This document shows, in pieces, positions 49,817 to 60,195 of a DNA stretch of 64,000 bases (positions within the stretch are counted from its first letter, which is position 1; every line of letters begins with the position of its first letter). The DNA comes from Macrostomum hystrix. Lineage: Eukaryota; Animalia; Platyhelminthes. The notes under the pieces were generated by a model. The model had not been told where the DNA came from. It searched no databases and saw nothing but the letters and a program-made list of their open reading frames with translations. The translations under genes and the position numbers were made by a program. The DNA is taken from assembly GCA_950097015.1 (NCBI GenBank), contig CATNEN010000039.1, forward strand, positions 1,116,001 to 1,180,000. Direction: 5' to 3'.

Positions 49817-50627
49817 GTGACTGCGGTCCTGAAGATTTGTGATTGCATAGCCTGAAGATTTGTGACTGCGGTCCTGAAGATTTGTGATTGCATAGCCTGA
49901 AGATTTGTGACTGCGGTCCTGAAGATTTGTGATTGCATAGCCTGAAGATTTGTGACTGCGGTCCTGAAGATTTGTGATTGCATAGCCTGAAGATTTGTGA
50001 CTGCGGTCCTGAAGATTTGTGATTGCATAGCCTGAAGATTTGTGACTGCGGTCCTGAAGATTTGTGATTGCATAGCCTGAAGATTTGTGACTGCGGTCCT
50101 GAAGATTTGTGATTGCATAGCCTGAAGATTTGTGACTGCGGTCCTGAAGATTTGTGATTGCATAGCCTGAAGATTTGTGACTGCGGTCCTGAAGATTTGT
50201 GACTGCGGTCCTGAAGATTTGTGACTGCGGTCCTGAAGATTTGTGACTGCGGTCCTGAAGATTTGTGACTGCGGTCCTGAAGATTTGTGACTGCGGTCCT
50301 GAAGATTTGTGACTGCGGTCCTGAAGATTTGTGACTGCGGTCCTGAACATTTGTGATTGCATAGCCTGAAGATTTGTGATTGCATAGCCTGAAGATTTGT
50401 GATTGCATAGCCTGAAGATTTGTGATTGCATAGCCTGAACATTTGGGATTGCATAGCCTGAAGATTTGTGATTACATAGCCTGAACATTTGTGATTGCAT
50501 AGCCTGAACATTTGTGATTGCATAGCCTGAACATTTGTGATTGCATAGCCTGAACATTTGTGATTGCATAGCCTGAACATTTGTGATTGCATAGCCTGAA
50601 CATTTGTGATAGCAAGTGTGAAGATTT
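49817..50627. repeat. Composite 22/23-bp minisatellite (CCTGAAGATTTGTGACTGCGGT / CCTGAAGATTTGTGATTGCATAG)
   Basis: Alternating 45-bp dimers, then homogeneous runs of each monomer. Confidence 0.95.
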
Positions 50628-50819
50628 GCCCCGGAGGTCCTGAAGAGTGGATCCACATCAGATTCCATGCGGACAGTTGTAAACAAAGAGCACCGAAAAA
50701 TCAGTTATGCCTCTAAAGGGTCTGCAAGGCACTACTTACAGTAGAAATGAAGACATTTGTCTAACAGGTATATTTTAGTCAAGCATTAAGCATCTGAATA
50801 GTGTAATTGGTCCCATTGG

Positions 50820-53800
50820 TCACAGATCCTTCGCAATGGACGCGGGCAAAGCCCTAGCGTCGCTGAATGGCGAGGCTCCGGCTGCAGCCTGACGACCGAA
50901 GCTCCAGCCGATCAGGAAGGCCAGGCAGAGCACAGCGATGGCCAAGAGGCGGAGGCTGCACCTGGTGTAGGCCACCCGCTGCGACTGCAGAGCAGCCAGC
51001 TGGCTCACCATGCCGGACAGGCGACTCACCTGCGAGCGGTCATGGGCTGGAGTGCTCAGCATTGACTATCTGAGCTCAAGTCACATCGGAAGGCCCCTAA
51101 AATGCGCCAAGATTCCACCGCGAGAACCCCGATATCTCACCTCGGAGCGCAGAGCTGCCAATTGGCGATCACTGGCCAGACGCTCCGTCGCCTGCACAGT
51201 CGGCTGCAGCATTTCAACGCGGCAGCGCAACCGATGCTCCATCAGGCTGTCTGGCTGCGCTGCCTTTAAAGCTTCAACGGCGGCTTCGCGAGTTAGGCCT
51301 GAAGGCACTGGAGAGGCCAGAAGCTGGAACTTGTCAGCCCGAACCGTTGAATGAAGAGCGAGCGGAGCGGCTGGTCTGGTGGCATTGCATGGGCGGAAGG
51401 GTGTTGGAGCGGCTTGTCTGGTGGCATTGCGTGGGTGGAAGGGAGTTTGAGCGGCTGGTCTGGTGGCATTGCGTGGGCGAAAGGGTGTTGGAGCGGCTGG
51501 TCTGTTGGCATTGCGTGGGCGAAAGGGTGTTGGAGTGTCTGGTCTGGTGGAAATGCGTAGGCGGGGGGTTGGAGCGGCTGATCTGGTGGAATTACGTGGG
51601 CGGAAGGGTGTTGGAGCGGCTGGTCTGGCGGAATGTAGTGGTACTGCTCACCTATATGTGATGGCAATGCAGATGCTGGCCCCAGGTTCGAGCAGACCGC
51701 TGCTTGGCTTCACCTTATAATCTGTCGGGCAGGTGGTCTTGACCTTGTAGACCAGGGCGCTCTGCCAGGTGCTGGTCAGGGTGATGGTTTGCTGTGACTC
51801 GCAGGAACTGTTATTGGAGCCTCCCGGCTGCTCGATGCGAAATATCACTTGGTCAGCCGGACTGATTGACATGTAGCGCCCAATGTAGCTGCTGCCGGCT
51901 GCGACAGGCGAAATTCCTTCTGAGGAGGAGCCTACAGCGCCTCCGCTGCCGCTTCTGCCGCGCCAGTGAATCTTCAGACTCGGCGGCTGGGCTCCCAGCT
52001 GAAGCTGGCTGCCCTCCGGCGCTGAGGATCCATCTGCGCACTAAAGCCAGAAATGAGCCAGTGTGCCGAGAATGTGCTCAAGAACCTACTTCTTACACTT
52101 CTACCACAAGAACCTACTTCTCACACTCTACCACAAGAACCTACTTCTCACACTCTACCACAAGAACCTACTTCTCACACTCTACCACAAGAACCTACTT
52201 CTCACACTGTACCACAAGAACCTACCTGTCACACTCTAGCACAAGAATCTACTTCTCACACTCTACGAACTCAAGAACATTCTTCTCACACTCTACCCTC
52301 TACTCTACTCGCAGGCGGCACTCACTAGCTGTATGCTCTGATCAGCGTCGGCAAAGTGATCCTCGCATTCGACGTCGCCGGTCCAGCAGGCGGCCTCGCC
52401 CAGCATGCCAGGAGAGTAGACATACTGATAATCATCCATGCCGCCCATGTGAGACCACAGCTGCTCAGGGGCGATGTACTCCTGCACGGTGGACCGCTTC
52501 AGGAACATGATCCTCTTTTGGGACTCTTTGTCCAGCCAGGAACGAATCACCTTCCATGCGGCTGAGGATTCGGCAGAGTCAATGCAATGATTTCGGATTG
52601 CCACCAATCAAAACACTGGGGATGAGGTTGCCACCAATCAAAACACTGGGGATGGGGTTGCCACCAATCAAAACACTGTGGGTGGGGTTGCCACCAGTCA
52701 AAACACTGGGGATTGGGTTGCCACCAGTCAAAACACTGGGGATGGGGTTGCCACCAGTCAAAACACTGGGGATGGGGTTGCCACCAGTCAAAACACTGGG
52801 GATGGGGTTGCCACCAGTCAAAACACTGGGGATGGGGTTGCCACCAGTCAAAACACTGGGAATGAGGTTGCCACCAATCAAAACACTGGGGATGGGGTTG
52901 CCACCAGTCAAAACACTGGGGATGAGGTTGCCACCAATCAAAACACTGGGGATGGGGTTGCCACCAGTCAAAACACTGGGGATGAGGTTGCCACCAATCA
53001 AAACACTGGGGATGAGGTTGCCACCAATCAAAACACTGGGGATTGGGTTGCCACCAGTCAAAACACTGGGGATGAGGTTGCCACCAATCAAAACACTGGG
53101 GATGGGGTTGCTACCAATCAAAACACTAGGGATGAAGTTGCTACCAATCAAAACACTGGGGTGGGTTGCCACTAGCTAAAGTATTCGTCGTATTCGTCAA
53201 AATCTTAAGTGAAATGCCCAGCTCTAATGTAATAGAGGACATTTTATTTTAGTTCAGGCCTTACCAGTCAGCACCCAGGGCATCTCGTACACGAACAGGT
53301 ATGCCAGGTAGTTGGGATAATAGACCTGGAAGGCGCGCACCACGAATCTGACCAGTTCGAGGTTCAGATTCGCCAGTCCCGCATTGGTCATGTCGAACAG
53401 CACAGCGATCTTCTGGTCCGGCCGGCGCCTGTGCCGCAGGTCCAGCAGCCAGCCGATGAACTGGCGAATCTGGCGGAGCTCCTCGGGCGCAGTCTTGCCG
53501 CAGTCCTGGATGCGAAAGTACATTATCGGATGACCTTCGCGATCTTCGCTGTGAAAGTACACGGAGCCCTTCTGCAGAGCCTCCAGGGAAAAGGAGGCCT
53601 CGGTCAGGCCATTGATGCCGTCCTGACAGCGCCAGCGAAAGCACGCCTCCGCCAGCTGCAGGCGGGCGTCCAGATCACCTGCGCGAGCGGCTTCGGCGAA
53701 GCAGACACAGTAGGCGTCATCTGACATCAGGCGCTGAACATCGGCGGAGTCGAATTCGCCTGCGGCAATCAGGCCTGCACAATGGGGATTCGACTGAGAT

Positions 53801-54194
53801 TGGAGTTCTGGAGCGCTGACAATCGCATTTCTGAATGCTGACTATGACACCTACTGAATGCTGGCTATGACACCTACTGAATGCTGGCTATGACACCTAC
53901 TGAATGCTGGCTATGACACCTACTGAATGCTGGCTATGACACCTACTGAATGCTGGCTATGACACCTACTGAATGCTGGCTATGACACCTACTGAATGCT
54001 GACTATGACACCTACTGAATGCTGACTATGACACCTACTTAATGCTGGCTATGACACCTACTGAATGCTGGCTATGACACCTACTGAATGCTGGCTATGA
54101 CACCTACTGAATGCTGGCTATATATGAAATGTATATACTCACTTTCATATTTTTTGGTGAAAGTCACACGAAACTCTTTAACTGAAACACTCAT
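50820..54194 (-). CDS. MOSPD2: Motile sperm domain-containing protein 2 (CRAL-TRIO + MSP + C-terminal TM; 543 aa)
   Basis: Exons 54194-54143, 53774-53265, 52561-52326, 52040-51652, 51375-51141, 51029-50820, phase-consistent. CRAL-TRIO motifs FDMTNAGLANL, YYPNYL, YEMPWVLTAAWKVIRSWL, HMGG; MSP motifs YKVKTTCP..YKVKPSSG and DKFQLL; terminal hydrophobic helix. Confidence 0.92.
51364..51630. repeat. 42-bp repeat containing the MOSPD2 intron4/exon5 junction
   Basis: Minus-strand unit AACACCCTTYCGCCCACGCAATGCCACCAG|ACCAGCCGCTCC, about 6.5 copies. Confidence 0.88.
52079..52280. repeat. Intronic 27-bp repeat CCACAAGAACCTACTTCTCACACTCTA
   Basis: In MOSPD2 intron 52041-52325. Confidence 0.9.
52598..53172. 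repeat. Intronic 30-bp repeat TTGCCACCARTCAAAACACTGGGGATGRGG
   Basis: In MOSPD2 intron 52562-53264. Confidence 0.95.
53831..54121. repeat. Intronic 23-bp repeat CTATGACACCTACTGAATGCTGG
   Basis: In MOSPD2 intron 53775-54142. Confidence 0.93.
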
Positions 54195-56908
54195 TGTCTA
54201 TAAGAGTCTAAAGCCAAAGATTCATACTTTTCTGTAAAAAAAGTAAAGAGGGAATATGTTATAAATATAAATATATTGTAATATTTATTCTAGTTATAAA
54301 AGCACACTGAAACAGTTTTTTTATCCACTGCCATGTTTTTCTTCTTGTTAGCTTAGCTCTAAAAATGTAAAACTGTCATACATTAACTTAATACTTATAA
54401 GTTGAAAAGATAACAAGATAACTGGAAAACAGAAAAGAAGACTCAAGTATGCCAACATCCTATGGACTTATAAATTAATGCTGAATATATATTTAAAATG
54501 ACAGGATGCTTTACAACTCTTTTATTAGATTTTATAGATAAACTAAATAAAACTTCATTATTATCCTTGAAAAAAAAGAAAAAGAAAGCATGAGTTTCAA
54601 TAACTCTACAGTATTTAATTTGAGAACAATATATAAAACAAGTAGGCATAGCATTATAAAATAAGTATAGATTGATTAAAAGGGAAACGAAAACATAAAA
54701 AAGCATTCAGCTGAAATCTATATTTTTCTAATTTCTATATTAGTTTGCATGTGCTTTAGAATTGGATTTAGGTATAGATGATTATTTTAATTATTTCCAT
54801 AGACTTTGTCTGATTAGCTAAATTAGTATTCTTCTGGCAATATTATGCTTGTTTCATCAAGAGCAATAGCACTCTAAACTCTATAAAGTACAATGGGCAA
54901 CACCTGCGCATTGTCTTTGGAACACCCTGTAAATATGTCAAGAGGCTCAATATAATGTGAAGACCCAATAATACTTTTTTTAAACATATTTAGGCAATTT
55001 TTTTATTTTAGTTTTCTATATATTTTAATGTTAAAGGTTTGCTTTAAACAAAACACATAAACTGGATAATGTTGTGTGCGAGAAATTTTCTGCAACTCAA
55101 AGCATTTTTCTCCTGGCATATGTGACCTACAAAGGAATTTTTGGCGTGGCTTCCAGCACACACAATCCATATAATCTTGTGTATAATCCTGACTATGGAA
55201 GGAACAAAACTAACACCACTAAACAAGCTAAACCTTGTCTTTTATTGTTATTGCATTTAATTTAATGTGAAACTACACATTGCTGGCTGTGTTGACTTTA
55301 AACACATAAGTAAAACTTATGTGTAAGCTTTTTGTGAAAACCTTTAGGTAAATTTACATAAACTCATAACAGTATGAAAATAAGTTACTTTCACACTTAT
55401 TTATGAATCGACCTGCGATCCAGTTATGCATAATGGATAATCCAATTATTCCAGATAATCCAGATAATCCAAACCATTATATACGTTCTGTTGTTCATGG
55501 AATTATGTAAGAAATATTTTAGGTTAAAAATGTTAAAGACGCACAGACTTGATATAACAAACCAATTCGTAAGAGCTCTATATCAAAAGCGAAACCGCAC
55601 GGGCTACTGGTTACAACGCGTGAAGGTTAATCGTAATGTAGGTTAATTTAGTATTCATTAGTATTCATATTTATTATTCATACACAAACCAGCGATGCCA
55701 CGAGAGTGGCCCTCGGAGAGCAGCGAAAACGGTTCCCCGCCACAGACGGTACCGCCACCAACAGTCCAGATCGACTACGCACAGCTCACTGTGGGATATC
55801 GACGCTTTCCTATACGAGATGCTGCTGGCTCACAACAGGTACCGCGCCATGCATCAGGCACCAGCTTTGAAACTGGACAAAACAAAACCAGAGGAGCACA
55901 GCAGTGGGCTGAGACTATCGCCGCAGAGGAATAACTAGTCTCGGACATGGACGCTAGCAATACGCAGTATGTGGAGAACCTGGCCATTAAGTACATCTCG
56001 AACGGTAAATTCAAAGCGATTGGCTCCTCTGGCTTACTTTATTGATTCTTGAATAAATTCAAGAAGCGTGCTTGATCCAGATAGGGTTATCAAATCCAGC
56101 AATAGGTACTCAAAATCGATCACGCATGCGAATGTGCGCTGTGCATTGTATTTAAATAGTATTTCTCTCATTTACAGGGGTAGAATTCACAGACTACTGA
56201 TATACTCTGGCATTGCGGAGTACGACTTTCGAAGCCATCACTTACCCAAGCTGCATCGGGTATTGCAACACTCGCATCTGCTATGCTTGTGTAGTGCATT
56301 GACTTGCCCTCTCCCTCCCACGCTAGTATAGCATTATTGTCAACATGCACTTCTCTTTCCATTCACTTCGTGTTGCGTAATACGCTCATGACTGAATAAA
56401 TCTTGCTGTGTGGCTGCGACTATATAAGTACTCAAATATACATCTTGCATCTACAGCTTGCATGTTTTTAATTGTCCGTATAAAAACTTCTCACTCTCGA
56501 CTCTCACCAGATGAAAACCACTCAACTAGGCTCAGCGGCCCCTTCGGCAGTGACGCCGCGCGACTGCAAATCAGCGGAGCCCAAGGAAACACACTGTGAG
56601 TGCCTGGCGACCCAAATGAATAGAGACAGCACTGGCATTGTCTCTCAGAGTCTAGATTCCTTCCCAACAATGTCCTGTCGATTCTCATTCAAGTGCCGAC
56701 TGCGAGCTGAGCCGTCTATCGGAAGTACGTCTCCACGAGCAAGTCCACCGAGTACAAGCTCGACCGAACTATCGAGACAGTCGAGGAGAAGTACAAGTCG
56801 CCAGACGGATCAACGTACACCAGGCAAAAAAACAACCTAACTATACCATCAGCGGCATCAGGACTAACAGCGACCTAAGTGTATTTCTAAACGAACACGA
56901 CAACAATA

Positions 56909-58218
56909 CGAGGGTCACTCAGAAAGTCTTTAGCCTGAACAAGAAAACAGCAACATATGAACTAAAAAACCATTACAACTGCTCAAAGTACTCTCCCCCC
57001 GCATTGATACAGGCTTGCATCCTGTGGAACCAGCTGTCGAAGCACTTCCGCCAATCCTCATCCCGGAGCTCCCCCGATGACGTCTTTGAACTCATTCACA
57101 GCTTCTTCCGGCGAAGAAAAAATCTGGCCCTTTAATATCTCCTTGCACTTCGGGAATAAAAAAAGTCGCACGGTGCCAGGTCTGGACTGTACGCAGGGTG
57201 AGTCATCAGCTGGACACCACAGTCGGCCAGAAACTCGAGAGTTTGAACTGCCGTGTGCGCACTGGCATTGTCGTGGTGCAGAAGCACCCCACGCATTCCG
57301 CACCTTGGGCGCCTCTGGCTCACAGCAGAAAAAACTTTGGGCAGGTAAAACGTTGTGTACCAGTCAGCGGTGACTGTCCGGCGATCTTCCAGTGAAACGG
57401 AAGCCACATGTCCAGTGCGCATGAAGAAGCAGGCCACCATCTGCTTGCCGACACTCCGGTTGCGTCGAAACTTGGTTGGGCTGTCCTCGTCTCTGAAGGT
57501 CCACATGGATGACTGGCGCTTGTTTTCGGGGTCGTATTGATAAATCCAGGTCTCATCTCCCGTGAGGATGTCCCAGATACGCCGGCTGGTCCCAGATTCG
57601 AATTTCTGCAGCATAAATCGGCACCAAGCCACCCGGGTGTCCTTCTGCTCGTCCGACAGCTGATGGGGGATCCACCGGGAAGCCAGCTTCCGCACTCCGA
57701 GGTGTTCGTGCAGAATGGTGTGCACACTCCCCGATCCAATGCCCATCTCCTGCTGGATCTGCTGGTAGGTCACTCGCCGGTCAGCGTCAATCATGCTGGA
57801 CACAGCGCAGATATTTTCTGGGGTCACTGCGTCGCAGGGTCTCCCGGATCGATGCTCATCTTCGAGGCTTTCTCGACCTCGGCGAAACTCAGCGAACCAG
57901 TTTTTGACGGTTGCGTATGAAGGACACAGATGAGCGAAAACGTATTGTAAAGTTTGAAATGAATCGGCCGGCGACTTGCCTTGCTTGAAATGCAAGTACA
58001 TCATAGCTCTGAAGTCACGGTTTTCCAGCTTCATTGTGCAATTGAACGGCGCAAGGGGTGAACTGACTTTGGCTCACTGCAGTGGACTCAAAAGTAACTG
58101 CTTCTGTTTGAAAATTTAGCTATAAGACTTTTAAAAGGTGGTCTTTACCATAGACAAATTTCATGCTTCTGCGTCTCGTGGATCATACTCAGGCTAAAGA
58201 CTTTCTGAGTGACCCTCG
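56909..58218 (-). mobile_element. Full-length mariner (DD34D) transposon, 1310 bp
   Basis: Perfect 30-bp TIRs CGAGGGTCACTCAGAAAGTCTTTAGCCTGA at 56909-56938 and 58189-58218, flanked by TA target-site duplications. Confidence 0.96.
56973..58034 (-). pseudogene. Mariner transposase with two single-base homopolymer indels
   Basis: Motifs WIPHQL, TGDETW, HHDNASAH, HPAYSPDLAPCDF, and C-terminal WFHRMQACINAGGEYFE. Frame shifts at a T7 run (about 57158-57164) and a G5 run (57071-57075). Confidence 0.9.
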
Positions 58219-58424
58219 TAATAAAAAAGATCAGTGTTTAGACAATCCGTTTGCATTTCTTTCTTTCTTGTGTTTTGGCAAATAACGCCACCTTAATGTT
58301 TGTCAACGGACAGACATTTCGGCAAGGCTAATTGTTCTGGCGTGAGGCGCATATGCATCCTGGCGACGGCGTCGCTTGGATGCGCGGAAAACCAACTGCG
58401 TGAGCCCGTTGTGGACACACCAGA

Positions 58425-59410
58425 CGCTACAATGCCGAAACCTGGACACTGAGCAAAACTGTCAAGTAGCCGCAGGCCGCAGCCTGACTTGGTACAAGGC
58501 TGTCAAGCAGGGATGGACGACTCGCTTCTGACGGAGTCTCGACTTTTGATTGACGCGCAGTTGCTATGGAACAAGTGGAACAAGCGCCATGGAACAAATG
58601 AAGTACAGTAGGGAACTGGCTAGTGAGAGTGCGTTTTGACGCTTCCCCTATTTATCCCCCTGGGGGGGCTAAGGGGCTATAGCCCGGAATTCTGATTCTA
58701 CGGATTGATGCCCCAGGGACTACTAACTACTTTATTTATTTCCTGAAGTTAATCGAGAGAATTAACATTAGGAACTGCAGGGCAATACTACAACTCAGTC
58801 AAAATACTGACAGCAATGGGGCCCAAGCCGAACTTGGTAGACTGCCTCTATTGTATGATACAAGAAAAGGTCATGCCAATCTCATCGCCCAGACTCCATT
58901 ATATCTAAGCTTATCGCAACAAAAAAGAAAAGTGTTGTACTCGTAGCTAAAAGACAAAGTCTGTTAAAATTCAGAGGGAACACTTTCAATGTGATTTCCT
59001 AGGACACTGGAGACCGAGGGTGTAAAATTCTGCAAAGCTCAGACAATTTCTACTGCAGTTTCAAGAGAGATTTCTGCCGTGAAAAATATCTATCAAATGT
59101 TTCAAACCCGGAACACAGGCGCATACTGTCAAATTTTCGTTTAGGAAATCACAGACTGGCCTGCGTTCAGTTCGCCTTAAAATCCCTTATGAAAACAGAA
59201 TTTGCCCGAAGTGCAATGTCGAGGTCGAAAATGAAGTACATTTTCTTTTCCGGTGCAACTGGGATCCTTTTTAGGGCGATCAGGGAAGATTTCCTTAGAG
59301 ACACTTCATCGTAGTCTCACAGCAGAAGACAAAAGCCTTTTTTAATTGGTGCAACAAAATGCAGAGGTAACAGGAAAGCTAGCAAAGTACATAAAAAACT
59401 TAACAGAGAT
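58425..59410 (+). mobile_element. Decayed non-LTR retrotransposon (LINE) ORF2 3' fragments
   Basis: YNAETWTLSKT at about 58427-58459; ILSNFRLGNHRLA at about 59123; CCHC knuckle ENRICPKCNVEVENEVHFLFRC at about 59191-59256. Confidence 0.65.
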
Positions 59411-59884
59411 TGCGAGAAACGTGTTTTTAATAAGCCTAACAATATCACAATATGGCAAAAAATATGTGCGCCAGCTCGTTTTATCGCATTATGTTTTTCT
59501 ACCGTTTATGCATTGCCAAAATACATCCGATTCGAAACAGAATGGCATTAAAAATTTACCTATGGGAGACAGCCTCGAGTCTCTCGTACAGCATCAGGCC
59601 CTAAGACTGCTCATTGGCGAGGTTTTCAATCATTATAGTCACCATAACCACTATACATACGCATTTTACTGCTCACGCTTGCGTTTAATTTTTTTAATTA
59701 AAATTTGTGAACATCCAATACCTACCTATAGGCATCTGAGACTCCTAGGCGAGAAAGATACCTTTAGAATCATGCCTCCAGGTTTGCAAACTATACTCAT
59801 TCTATCCACTACTCACTCTATACCATTTGATTTTCTAGGACATCGTAACGCCTTGCTCGACTGCCACAGTGTTTGGCGTGATTC

Positions 59885-60195
59885 AAATAAGAATAATTGA
59901 TTACGCCTGCCCCAATTGGGTCAGATGTGCAGCCGACAGCACAGCCGCAGCTATTGTGCGGCGCATCTGAAGGCTGCGTACAGCTGTTCAGTCCATAGAC
60001 TGGGGGGACACCACACCCACCCTCAATAACCACAGCAAATGCTGATACATATTTAACAGCTGGGTGAACTGAAGCAATGCAGAGTTAAGTGTCTTGCTAA
60101 AGCACACAGATTTTTCCTGTGGGACACGACTCGAACCCCCGACCTTTCAGTCGTAAGTCCGATGCTTTGGTAGCACGACGATTGCCTGCGCACAA
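59885..60195 (-). mobile_element. tRNA-derived SINE with CORE-like central domain
   Basis: Minus strand: tRNA-like head with B-box GGTTCGAGTC, then TGTGTGCTTTAGCAAGACACTTAACTCT...CACCCAGCTGT resembling the CORE consensus, then a TTATT-type tail. Confidence 0.65.

Noticed and set aside
55695-56840. Short ORFs 55695-55934 and 56511-56840 (and 62645-62900)
   Set aside because: No recognisable domain and no convincing splice framework
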